This document shows positions 30,949 through 40,081 of a stretch of 64,000 nt of DNA, in pieces. Location: NCBI GenBank assembly GCA_016713135.1, contig JADJPR010000012.1:12601-76600 (forward strand), written 5' to 3'. Origin of the DNA: Rhodanobacteraceae bacterium (GTDB lineage: Bacteria > Pseudomonadota > Gammaproteobacteria > Xanthomonadales > SZUA-5). Both the position numbers and the translations under genes were made by a program. The notes beneath the pieces were generated by a model that saw only the letters and a program-made list of their open reading frames with translations, had not been told where the DNA came from and searched no databases. Each line of letters starts with the position of its first letter. Position 1 is the stretch's first letter.

Positions 30949-33792
30949 ATGAAATTCAAGATCAACAAGCTGGCGATCGGCGTACGCCACGCCCTGATCG
31001 CCGGTTGCACCGTGATGGCCCCGGTCGCGATGCCGGCCCTCGCCCAGAGCAGCGACCCGGCCGTCAAGATGGACAAGGTCGAGGTGACCGGCTCGCGCGT
31101 GCGCCGCGTCGATGCCGAGACCGCGAGCCCGGTGTTCGTCGTCGAGCGCTCGGCGATCGAACGCTCCGGCGCGGTGACCGTGGGCGATTTGATCCAGGAT
31201 ATCCCGGCGATCGCCGGCGCCGCGACCAACCCGTCGGTCAACAACGGCGGCGGCGACGGCGCGACCACCGTGTCGCTGCGCGGCCTGGGCGAAGACCGCA
31301 CGCTGCTGCTGCTCAATGGCCGCCGCCTGGTCACCCAGGACGTCAACTCGATCCCGGTGGCGATGATCGAGCGCATCGAAGTGCTGAAGGACGGCGCCTC
31401 GGCGATCTACGGCTCCGACGCCATCGCCGGCGTGGTCAATTTCATCCTGAAGAAGGATTTCGACGGCGCCGCGTTCAACATGAACTACGGTCTGTCCGAC
31501 CGCGACGACGGCGAGCGCGTCGGCGGATCGGCGGTGTACGGCTTCACCGGGGACCGCGGCAACGCGATGTTCTCGTTCAACTACAACGACCAGAAGGCGG
31601 TACTGGCGCAGGACCGCGACTTCTCGGCCTTCGCCCTGTACCTGTCCTCGGGCGTGGTCAGCCGCGCCGGTTCCTCGTCGACCCCGCGCGGCCGTTACAC
31701 CCTGCCGGGCGACGTGGCCCAGGCCAATGGCCTCGGTTCCTGCGTCGGTGGCAGCGGTGTGGCCAACGTGACCCGCATCGAAGGCCGCACCGGCACCAGC
31801 CCGAGCGACTTCCGCTGCTATGTCGGTGGCGAGACCGACTCCTTCAACTACCAGGGCGTCGGCAACGTCGAACTGACCCCGCAGGAGCGCTACGGCGTTG
31901 CCTTCAGCGGCAACCTCGAGATCGTCGAGGGTGTGAACGCCTACATGGACGTGCACACGCAGAACACCCGTTCCGCCGGCATCATCGCGCCGCTGCCGTT
32001 CTTCTCCGATTTCGACGGCATCGCGCTGGATGCGAACAGCATCTACAACCCCTTCGATGCGACCATCAATGGCCGCTACCGCATCATGGGTCTGGGCAAC
32101 CGCAGCTATAACTACGAGACCGACGTCAAGGAAATCAGCAGCGGCGTCGAGGGCGCTTTCGGCGATACCTCGTGGACTTGGGATGCCGGCTTCACCTACG
32201 GCAAGATCGCGCAGGAAAATCAGGACCAGGGCTACATCGACTACGCCCGCCTGGCCGACGCGCTGGGCCCGTCCTTCATTGATGGCGGCGTGGCCCGCTG
32301 CGGTGCGCCGGGCGCGGTCATCGCCGGCTGCACCCCGATCAACTTCTTCAACCAGCCGGACCCGGCCACCGCCGAGGGTCAGGCGCAGATCGCCGCGCTG
32401 CAGGCGCTGCAACTGCCGGTACGCGACAACACCGACACCTCCCTGAAGAACTTCACGATCAACTTCAGCGGCGATGTCATGGACCTGACCGCCGGCACGA
32501 TGAGCGCCGCCTTCGGCGTCGAACACCGCCGCCAGAGCCTGAAGTTCGCGCCGGATGCGGTCAAGTACATCTCCGACGATCCCTTCGGCTGCGGCATCAG
32601 CTCAGAGAGCTGCGCCGACCCGACCCAGGGCGACACCAAGACCACTGAAGTCTACGGGGAGCTGTACGTCCCGGTGCTCGACAACCTGGCGTTCACGCTG
32701 GGCAGCCGCTGGTCCGACTACGACACCTTCGGCAACACCACCAACAGCAAGCTGGGCGTCGAATGGCGCGCGATCGATGACCTGCTGATCCGTGCGACCT
32801 ACGCCGAGGTGTTCCGCGCCCCGACGATCAACGATCTGTACCAGGGCGCGCGCATCACCAACCCGGTCTACTCGGATCCCTGCAACGGCCAGCCGCTGTC
32901 CTGCGTCGGCCTGCCCAATGTGCCGGGCCAGACCTTCGAACAGGGCCTCGGACAGACCAACGCCCTGCTCGGCGGCAACCCGGACCTCGATCCGGAAACT
33001 GGCGACGTGTTCACCTGGGGCGCGGTGTACTCGCCGTCCTGGCTGCCGGGCGCCTCGGTGGCCGTCGACATCTGGGACGTGCACCTGGAAGACACCATCC
33101 AGACGCTCGGCACCCAGCCGATCCTGAACGTCTGCGCGCAGACCGGCGAACTGTGCAACCTGTTCTCGCGCAATCCGCAGACGGGCGACGTGTTCCTGGT
33201 CAGCGACCTCACGCAGAACGCCGGCATCACCGACACCAATGGCGTCGACATCGGCCTGCGCTACGCCTTCGAGACCGACTACGGCAACTTCCGCGCCAGC
33301 ATCGACAGCACCTACATCGATCGCTACGACGTCGAAGTCATCGCCGCCGGCCTGACCATCGCGCAGCAGCAGAACGCCGGCACCTTCCTGCCGGCCAGCA
33401 AGGGCGGTCTCGGCAACTACAGCCGCTGGCGTTCGCTGGGTGCGTTGAACTGGAGCCTTGGCGACATCGAAGCGCAGTGGACCACGCGTTATGTCCACGG
33501 CTTCCAGGTCGGCAGCTTCGAAGAGGGCGGCGACTGCGCGGACAACGCCGGCCGCGGCGTGGTGGGCAACGAGGGCTGCGTGTTTACCCGCGGCGCCACG
33601 ACGTACCACAACATCCAGTTCGGCTGGAACCTCACCGAGTGGCACACCAAGCTGCAGCTGGGCATCGACAATGCCTTCGACAAGCAGCCGCCGATCCTGT
33701 ACCAGAACAACTCGCTCAACGGCAACATCGACGAGCGCACGCACGACCCGGTTGGCCGCTACTACTGGGTGGACGTGACCGTCCGCTTCTGA
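30949..33792 (+). CDS. TonB-dependent outer-membrane receptor (947 aa)
   Basis: Signal peptide. Plug motifs (DKVEVTGSR, VSLRGLGEDRTLLLLNGRR, IERIEVLKDGASAIYGSDAIAGVVNFI). Terminal aromatic residue (...YWVDVTVRF). Confidence 0.93.
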   Translation: MKFKINKLAIGVRHALIAGCTVMAPVAMPALAQSSDPAVKMDKVEVTGSRVRRVDAETASPVFVVERSAIERSGAVTVGDLIQDIPAIAGAATNPSVNNGGGDGATTVSLRGLGEDRTLLLLNGRRLVTQDVNSIPVAMIERIEVLKDGASAIYGSDAIAGVVNFILKKDFDGAAFNMNYGLSDRDDGERVGGSAVYGFTGDRGNAMFSFNYNDQKAVLAQDRDFSAFALYLSSGVVSRAGSSSTPRGRYTLPGDVAQANGLGSCVGGSGVANVTRIEGRTGTSPSDFRCYVGGETDSFNYQGVGNVELTPQERYGVAFSGNLEIVEGVNAYMDVHTQNTRSAGIIAPLPFFSDFDGIALDANSIYNPFDATINGRYRIMGLGNRSYNYETDVKEISSGVEGAFGDTSWTWDAGFTYGKIAQENQDQGYIDYARLADALGPSFIDGGVARCGAPGAVIAGCTPINFFNQPDPATAEGQAQIAALQALQLPVRDNTDTSLKNFTINFSGDVMDLTAGTMSAAFGVEHRRQSLKFAPDAVKYISDDPFGCGISSESCADPTQGDTKTTEVYGELYVPVLDNLAFTLGSRWSDYDTFGNTTNSKLGVEWRAIDDLLIRATYAEVFRAPTINDLYQGARITNPVYSDPCNGQPLSCVGLPNVPGQTFEQGLGQTNALLGGNPDLDPETGDVFTWGAVYSPSWLPGASVAVDIWDVHLEDTIQTLGTQPILNVCAQTGELCNLFSRNPQTGDVFLVSDLTQNAGITDTNGVDIGLRYAFETDYGNFRASIDSTYIDRYDVEVIAAGLTIAQQQNAGTFLPASKGGLGNYSRWRSLGALNWSLGDIEAQWTTRYVHGFQVGSFEEGGDCADNAGRGVVGNEGCVFTRGATTYHNIQFGWNLTEWHTKLQLGIDNAFDKQPPILYQNNSLNGNIDERTHDPVGRYYWVDVTVRF

Positions 33793-35816
33793 TCGCTCGC
33801 AACACCTGACAGTTGATCGTCGAAACCGCGCGGGGCAACCCGCGCGGTTTTTGTTGTGCCGGGTTGAAAGCCCCCGCGCGGGTCCGGTCTGCGCCGCCCC
33901 GAGCGCACGAACCGCCTGCAAGCCGCAGAGGCACGCGGGGCCGGGGGCCGCGAGTGCTGGGCTCTCCGCCCCTGCGCGGCCGGCGCCCGAAGCCGCTCGA
34001 TCCAGGGCTGCAGCGTGTCCAGCGGCTCGCCCTCGAACCATGCGCGGTAGCGCTGCCAGCGCCCGACGGCGCGCTGGTTGACCGGCTTGACCACCTGCGC
34101 GTAGCTCGGGGTGCTGATCGCGCCCTTGCGCCGCGCGCGTTCGGTGAACGCGGCCAGGTCCTCGCTCCACGGCAGGCCGAGGAAGCCGAACAGCGCCTGG
34201 CCGACGCCGCTGACATCGGCAACCAGATCTTCGTAGCGGACCACATGCAGCGGCAGCGGCAGGCGCTCGCGCCAGGCGTGGAAATGCGCCATGACGCGCG
34301 CGTACATCGCGGCGGTGCTGGCCAGGGTTTCGAAGGTGATCGCAAAGGCCGGCGAGCGGAAGTTCTGCTGTAGCAGCTCAGCACCACATCGCAGGGATGG
34401 CGCAGCGCGAGCAGCACCTGGGCCTGCGGGAACAGCGTGGCGACCAGCGGCAGCCGCACCAGGTTCAGTGGGTTCTTGTCGACCGCCCGGCGCGCGCCGA
34501 GCTGCCGCAGCACGCGCGCGACGTCGCCGTGGTAGTGGCGGCGCAGCGCGCGCATCCGCCTCCGTCAGGTCCGCGATGGCTTCCGGGTAACCGGGCCGGT
34601 GGCGCTCGTTGATGCGCGTGACCAGGCGCTGCAGGAAGGGCTGCTCGTCGAACGACGCCAGGCCAGCGTGGGCGTCCAGCAGCTGCTCGAGCAGCGTGGT
34701 GCCCGAGCGCGGGAAGCCGACCAGGAACACCGGATCGGCGGGCTCGCCCGCCAGCGCATCGGCCGCCAGTGGACTGCGCATCGCCGGCACCGGGGCGTCG
34801 AGCACCGCGAGCAGGCCGTCGCCGTGCGGCAGCGCGGCGTGGGTGCGCGTCACCAGCGCAAACCGCTCGGCGTGGCCGCTGGCAAGCGCCTGCATCGCCG
34901 CCTCGGACTCGCCCAGAGCATCCAGGCAGCGCCCCAGCTTGAGCCACAGGTCCCCGCGCGCCTGCGCGTCGGTCGAGGGCCGTTGCAGCAGCTCCTGCAT
35001 GCGCTCGCGCGCCAGTGCGTGCTGGTCGCGACGGGTGGCCAGCTGCGCCTCCAGTTCCAGCAGCAGATCGAGCTGGTGCGGATTGAGGCCCTCCCGCTGC
35101 GCCGCGAGCGACTGCGCCAGCGCCTCGGCCTGCGGCAGGCGGTTGCAGCGCTCGTGCACCGCCGCCAGGCCGAGCTCGGCATCGGTCCGCTCAGGCACGC
35201 CGGCCGGGACTGCCTCGAAGCAGGCCTGCGCATCGGCGTACAGGCCGAGTTCGAGCAGCAGGTTGCCGGCCTCGACATGCAATGCGGGGGTGAGCCCTGC
35301 GCGGCGCAGGGCGTCGATCGCCTGCCCGGCCATTTCGTACTCATCGATCATCACCAGTGCGCGCGCGCGCAGCAGCTGGAACTCGGGATCCTGCGGGTAC
35401 GCCGCGAGCGCGGGCTTCAGGTGATCGAGCGCGCGGCGCGGATCGCCATGCGCCACCCAGGCCCGCGCCAGCGCGTAGTGCAGCTCGGCGCTGCGCGTGC
35501 CGCAGGCCAGCGCGCGCTGCAGCGGTTCCAGTGCATCGCGCTCGCGGCCGAGTTCGCACAGGCAGTTGCCGAAATTGCTCCAGTGCTCGCCCACCTGGGG
35601 GTGCAGCGCGACCAGGCGTTCGTACACCGGCAGCGCCTCGGCGGCCCGCTGCTGCTGGCTGAGCGCCAGCGCCAGCACGGTGAGCCAGTCGGCATCATCC
35701 GCGTGGAGGGTCAGCGCGTGGCGCGCGCTGACTTCGGCGGCGGCAGCATCGCCCGATTGCAGCGCCGCGAGGCCAGCAGACAGGAGCGGGACCGGCGGCA
35801 GGGATGAAGGCGGCAA
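33762..35816 (-). CDS. TPR-repeat sulfotransferase-family protein carrying two compensating frameshifts (core motif out of frame)
   Basis: TPR-like N-half. PVFLVGFPRSGTTLLEQLLD (5'-PSB-type motif). C-terminal VRYEDLV...TPSYAQVVKPVN..VGRWQRY. The middle conserved block DKNPLNLVRLPLVATLFPQAQVLLALRHPCDVVLSCY is only readable in the frame of ORF 33716..34555. The start is uncertain (TTG at 35816 proposed). The 3' end reads through the convergent terminator. Confidence 0.6.
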   Translation of the reverse strand: MPPSSLPPVPLLSAGLAALQSGDAAAAEVSARHALTLHADDADWLTVLALALSQQQRAAEALPVYERLVALHPQVGEHWSNFGNCLCELGRERDALEPLQRALACGTRSAELHYALARAWVAHGDPRRALDHLKPALAAYPQDPEFQLLRARALVMIDEYEMAGQAIDALRRAGLTPALHVEAGNLLLELGLYADAQACFEAVPAGVPERTDAELGLAAVHERCNRLPQAEALAQSLAAQREGLNPHQLDLLLELEAQLATRRDQHALARERMQELLQRPSTDAQARGDLWLKLGRCLDALGESEAAMQALASGHAERFALVTRTHAALPHGDGLLAVLDAPVPAMRSPLAADALAGEPADPVFLVGFPRSGTTLLEQLLDAHAGLASFDEQPFLQRLVTRINERHRPGYPEAIADLTEADARAAPPLPRRRRARAAAARRAPGGRQEPTEPGAAAAGRHAVPAGPGAARAAPSLRCGAELLQQNFRSPAFAITFETLASTAAMYARVMAHFHAWRERLPLPLHVVRYEDLVADVSGVGQALFGFLGLPWSEDLAAFTERARRKGAISTPSYAQVVKPVNQRAVGRWQRYRAWFEGEPLDTLQPWIERLRAPAAQGRRAQHSRPPAPRASAACRRFVRSGRRRPDPRGGFQPGTTKTARVAPRGFDDQLSGVASDQKRTVTSTQ
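33823..33856 (+). terminator. Rho-independent terminator of the receptor gene
   Basis: aaccgcgcggg-gcaa-cccgcgcggtt stem-loop followed by tttgttgt. Confidence 0.75.
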
Positions 35817-35918
35817 CGGCGTCTCGCTTGGTTTGTCCAGGATGCGGCGGCATGCTAGCGGAACCGGCGCCCGCGCCCAGCCCGCTGGCCCGCGCCGCCG
35901 GGCACTCCCGAGATCCCG

Positions 35919-37202
35919 ATGACTTCGACCGAACCCTCCCTGCTCGACAGCGCGCAGCAGGCGCTTGCCGGCCAGCAGCCGGCGCAGGCCGCCGTGCTGT
36001 TCGAACGCGCCATTGCGGACGATCCGAAGTCGCTGCCGGCGCGCGTGGGCCGCGCGCGCTGCGCGATGTTGCAAGGCGATCCGACGCTCGCGGTGCGCCA
36101 TCTGGAGGCAGCCGCCGGGATCGACCCGGACAACGCCGCGGTGAAGCGCAGCCTGGGGGTCGCGCTGCTCGCCGCCGGCAGCCTGGATGCCGCGGCCGCC
36201 GCACTGGAACGCGCCCGCGCGCTGCAGCCGCGCGATCCGATGACCCGGCTGCACCTGGGCCAGCTGCGCGAGCGCCAGGGCCAGCCGCGCGCCGCCGCGC
36301 AGGCCTACTACCGTGCCCTCGTTGCCGCACAGGCGCAGGGACTGTGGCTGGACCGCGCCTCCACCCCGCCGCACCTGCAGCGCGCGGTGCTGCAGGCGAT
36401 GGACCTGGTCGACCGCGAACGCCGGGCCGCGCTGCACGGCGTGCTGGCGCCGCTGCGCGAACGTCACGGCGCTTCCGCGCTGGCGCGGGTTGCACGCTGC
36501 CTGGAGGGCCACCTGAAGACGCTCGCGCTGCAGCCGCTCGATGAGCAGCAGCGCCCGCGCTTCCTGTACTTCCCCGACCTGCCGTCAACCCGCTACTTCG
36601 AGCGCAGCCTGTTCCCGTGGATCGATGCCCTGGAAGCCGCGACCGCCGCGGTGCGCGACGAGGCGCAGGCAGTGCTGGCCACCGAGGGCGCGCTGCAACC
36701 TTTCCTGAAGTTCGACTCGGCCGAGCAGGTGGGCCAGTACCTCGGCGGTGGCGATGCGCCGCCAGCCTGGGACGCCTTCTTCTTCTGGCGCGACGGCGTG
36801 CGCAACGACGCCCACCACGCGCGCTGCCCGCGCACCTCCGCGCTGCTCGAATCGCTGCCGCTGGTGCGCATCCGCGAGCACGCGCCGGAGATCTGCTTCT
36901 CGGTGCTGGCGCCCGGCACCCACATCCTGCCGCACACCGGCGTCAGCAATCTGCGCGTGGTGGTGCACCTGCCGCTGATCGTGCCGGCGGACTGCGCCAT
37001 CGTGGTCGGCGGGGAGAGCCACGCCTGGCGCGAGGGTGAGGTCGTGGTGTTCGACGACACCTTCGTCCACGAAGCCTGGAACCGCGGTTCGAGCCGCCGC
37101 GTCATCCTGTTGATGGACACCTGGAACCCGCACCTGAGCGAGGTCGAACGCGAGGCGCTGGCCGAACTGGTCGGGGCGATCGGGGATTTCAACCGGGATT
37201 GA
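35919..37202 (+). CDS. TPR-containing aspartyl/asparaginyl beta-hydroxylase-family protein
   Basis: N-terminal TPR-like repeats. C-terminal 2-oxoglutarate oxygenase pattern: HILPHTGVSNLRVVVHLPLIVP...VVVFDDTFVHEAWN...RVILLMDTWNP. Confidence 0.85.
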   Translation: MTSTEPSLLDSAQQALAGQQPAQAAVLFERAIADDPKSLPARVGRARCAMLQGDPTLAVRHLEAAAGIDPDNAAVKRSLGVALLAAGSLDAAAAALERARALQPRDPMTRLHLGQLRERQGQPRAAAQAYYRALVAAQAQGLWLDRASTPPHLQRAVLQAMDLVDRERRAALHGVLAPLRERHGASALARVARCLEGHLKTLALQPLDEQQRPRFLYFPDLPSTRYFERSLFPWIDALEAATAAVRDEAQAVLATEGALQPFLKFDSAEQVGQYLGGGDAPPAWDAFFFWRDGVRNDAHHARCPRTSALLESLPLVRIREHAPEICFSVLAPGTHILPHTGVSNLRVVVHLPLIVPADCAIVVGGESHAWREGEVVVFDDTFVHEAWNRGSSRRVILLMDTWNPHLSEVEREALAELVGAIGDFNRD

Positions 37203-37274
37203 TGGGAGCGCCGGTCGGCCCGGCCGGTGCGCTTGTTCGCGCATCGAACTGGCGCGTGCCCTTGCCTGTTTTTT

Positions 37275-37347
37275 GTCCGCAAAGGACGCAGAGGACGCAA
37301 AGAGAGCAAGGTCGGCGGCGGGCCTGCGTCCTTTGCGTCCTTTGCGG
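37275..37347. repeat. Family A-related hairpin element
   Basis: gtccgcaaaggacgcagaggacgcaaagagag ... cctgcgtcctttgcgtcctttgcggat, lying between convergent genes and followed by an AT-rich patch. Confidence 0.85.
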
Positions 37348-37408
37348 ATAAAATATCTTTTATTTCATTAACTTAGATCGTGTTCGGCGAGAGCGTCGGC
37401 GCTCCCGG

Positions 37409-39568
37409 CTACTCCATCCCGTCCGCAAACATCAGCCCGCCACGGGCCGCGCTCCATTGCTGCACCAGCGCCAACAGCGCCAGCGGGGAGTTGGTCGCCG
37501 GTGGTTGCGCCGCCTGCCCGCTGCGGTTGATGCCGTGGCAGCCGTCGCAGGCGCGGATCTCGCCGGGCTGCACGGTCAGCCAGAAGCGCTCGCGCACCAC
37601 CGGAGTGCCGTCGGCGGCGGTGGTCTGCCAGCTGAGCGCGCGTCGGGTCGGCACGAACATCGCCGTCGAGCCGTCGGAAAAAATGGGCGCGCTGCCCGCC
37701 GGGCCGCCGGGATTCGGCAGGTTCTGGCTGGTGGCAGCAGTATCGTGCAGGAAGCGCGGCACCACGCGGCGGCCGGGCCTGGGCGAGGCGGTACCGCCGA
37801 TGCCACGCACCTGGTCGCCCTGCACTGCCTGGAAATGCACGATGTCGTAGAGCGTGCCGCTGCCGGGCGCGGTCTGCACGCCGCCTGGCACGCGCAGGCG
37901 GAAGGGCTGCTGGCGATCGGCCTTGTCGCGGTGCGTGTTGTTGCGCACGCTGAGCACGCCCAGTCCCTGCTGGCGCAGGTAGCGGCGGAAAGTCGACTCG
38001 CTGACGCCGGCGCTGGCGAAGGCCTGCTGCTCGGGCGCGCCGAGGGTCGGTTCGGACAGGCTCGGCGGCACGCTGCGCGCGCGCACTTCCACCGGGCTCA
38101 GTTCCCACAACTCGCCGCTGTAGCTGACGGCGATATCCGGGTTCCACCAGTTGACGGTCTCGTTGATGCCCGGGGTCAGGTTGGCACCGGCGGTGAGGAA
38201 GCCACCGCTCCCATTGGTCATCAGCTTCAGGCGGAAGCGATAGTTCGGCACCGGCGCGGCATTGGTGCCCAGGTTGTCCAGGCCACCTTGCTCGGTGGTG
38301 TGCGCCACCACGATGCTGCCGTCGGCGAGCACCAGCGGATTGCGGTAATGCCCGCTGTGGCTGGGCCCGGGCGTGGTCCCGAAGGTGGCGCGCGGCGTCA
38401 GGTACTCGATGAGCACATCGTCGGGATTGGTGGTCGGGGTCGCCACCAGGCGCACCAACTGCCCCGCGGCATGGGTGTCGAACTCCGGCGCATCGATGCC
38501 GACATAGCGCCCCGGCTGGGTCGGATCCTCGACGATCTGGAACAGGTTCTCGATCGGGTTCGGATTGGTCCGACCGGACACTTCGGAAATGAACTCGACC
38601 AGGTTGCTGTCGTTGTTGAACGCGCGGTCGAAATAGGTATGCAGCTCATGCCGGCCGAGATGATTGAGGAACTCCGCCGCGGTGCCATCCTGGGCGATCT
38701 GCCACGGGAAGAAATTGTTGAACCGGTGGCCGTTGACGGTGGATCCCTGGGCCGCGACCCGTGGCTCCGGGAAGGGCTCGGTGATCCCGGCGACGACCGC
38801 CGCGCCGGCGTCCTCGCTGGCGACATCGAAGTTGCCATAGGGATTGCCGGCCTGGTCGGCCTGCTGGTCGCGCTGCAGGTGGTCCCAGCGGGTGAACAGC
38901 AGTCGTCCGTAGCTGTCGACGAAGGGATCGAAGTTGCCGGACGGGGAATGGTCGAGCAGCTTGAGGTCGCCGCTGGCCGGGTCCAGCCGCCACAGGCCGC
39001 TGGTGGACGCGGTGGACTCGTACTCGTCGTGTTGCGGGTAGAGGTGCGCGGCGCCGTTGCGCGGACGGTCGGAGGTGAACACGATGCTGCCGTCCGAGAG
39101 GTAGGCCGGATTGACGTTGTTGAAACCGGTGGGCTGGTTGGCGACGGGCGTGATCGACACCGTCTGCCCCTGTCCCATACCGGTGACCTCATACAACTGC
39201 CAGCGGTAGCTCTGCACCACGAACTGTGCCGGCGGCGCACCGACCACCATCGCGAACACCGCCTTGGTGCCATTCCAGTGCACATGCGGATCGCGCACGG
39301 CGATGGCGCTGGCGCCCTGGAATCCGTTCATGCCGAAGCCGGCCTCGGCGGTCAGGTTGCGCAACTGGCCGCTGGGATAGCGGATCCACAGATCGCCACC
39401 GCGGTAGACCGAGCCCATGTCTGCCTCATGGTTGGCAAAGGTCGACCCGATGGTGGCGAAATCGAAGGGCACCGGCACCTGGGTGATGAACAGGATCGGG
39501 TTCGGCGTGGTCTGCGCCAGCGCAGCGCCGGACAGCAACGACAGGGTGAGCAGCACAACCTTGCGCAT
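37409..39568 (-). CDS. Secreted beta-propeller-like protein with a C-terminal CXXCH motif (719 aa)
   Basis: MRKVVLLTLSLLSGAALAQ signal peptide. TolB/PD40-like stretches (NPAYLSDGSIVFTSDRP, LLFTRWDH). CDGCH at 37535-37549. Confidence 0.75.
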   Translation of the reverse strand: MRKVVLLTLSLLSGAALAQTTPNPILFITQVPVPFDFATIGSTFANHEADMGSVYRGGDLWIRYPSGQLRNLTAEAGFGMNGFQGASAIAVRDPHVHWNGTKAVFAMVVGAPPAQFVVQSYRWQLYEVTGMGQGQTVSITPVANQPTGFNNVNPAYLSDGSIVFTSDRPRNGAAHLYPQHDEYESTASTSGLWRLDPASGDLKLLDHSPSGNFDPFVDSYGRLLFTRWDHLQRDQQADQAGNPYGNFDVASEDAGAAVVAGITEPFPEPRVAAQGSTVNGHRFNNFFPWQIAQDGTAAEFLNHLGRHELHTYFDRAFNNDSNLVEFISEVSGRTNPNPIENLFQIVEDPTQPGRYVGIDAPEFDTHAAGQLVRLVATPTTNPDDVLIEYLTPRATFGTTPGPSHSGHYRNPLVLADGSIVVAHTTEQGGLDNLGTNAAPVPNYRFRLKLMTNGSGGFLTAGANLTPGINETVNWWNPDIAVSYSGELWELSPVEVRARSVPPSLSEPTLGAPEQQAFASAGVSESTFRRYLRQQGLGVLSVRNNTHRDKADRQQPFRLRVPGGVQTAPGSGTLYDIVHFQAVQGDQVRGIGGTASPRPGRRVVPRFLHDTAATSQNLPNPGGPAGSAPIFSDGSTAMFVPTRRALSWQTTAADGTPVVRERFWLTVQPGEIRACDGCHGINRSGQAAQPPATNSPLALLALVQQWSAARGGLMFADGME

Positions 39569-39801
39569 GGCGAACTCCGCGGGTGTCACTGACGGTTACG
39601 TAAGCTATTCCCGCGGAGGGTCGCCTGAATGCGGCGCAATTCGAATCACCCATGGTATTTCCGACGGACGGTATGTCCGCATCGTCTGCGCACGTCGTTT
39701 TGATTCAGGTGAGCCCTGAAGCCCTCACACCGCCGGCGGAGATCAGCCTAGAGGCAACCCGCCGGCTCCTTCGGGACCTTCCCTCCAGACTGGATTCCCC
39801 G

Positions 39802-40077
39802 ATGACCCGCCTGCTGCCCCTTGCCCTATTGCTGACGAGTATCTCGATGACCGCCACCGCCCAGGACCCCGCCAGCGCCGACACCTTCGAGCGCGAAATG
39901 CTGCAGACCCTGAAAGCCGCGCACGCGGCGAAAAAGAGCGTCTACCTGCACGTCGGCGGGCGGACCATCGGCGGCGCGGTCAAGGCGATCGGCGCGGACG
40001 CCGTGATCATCAGCAACCGCGAGCACGCCACCATCATCGTGCGCCGCGAGCGGATCGACGCGATCGAAGCGGACTGA
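39802..40077 (+). CDS. Small secreted hypothetical protein (91 aa)
   Basis: MTRLLPLALLLTSISMTATAQ signal peptide, in frame within ORF 39652..40077. Confidence 0.5.
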   Translation: MTRLLPLALLLTSISMTATAQDPASADTFEREMLQTLKAAHAAKKSVYLHVGGRTIGGAVKAIGADAVIISNREHATIIVRRERIDAIEAD

Positions 40078-40081
40078 GTGG

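Noticed and set aside
33716-34555. A 279-aa minus-strand ORF as an independent gene.
   Set aside because: Only about 60 codons (LRRHYHGDV...VVLSCY) look genuine, and they correspond exactly to the missing core of the overlapping sulfotransferase ORF. The rest is shadow sequence.
37338-37380. An AT-rich patch (ggataaaatatcttttatttcattaacttagatc) containing TTATCCGCA (one mismatch from a DnaA box) and a GATC site, as a possible origin or regulatory region.
   Set aside because: It is a single degenerate box that is actually the end of a family A repeat arm. There is no cluster of boxes and no adjacent replication genes. It lies between two convergent gene ends, so it is more likely terminator or spacer DNA.
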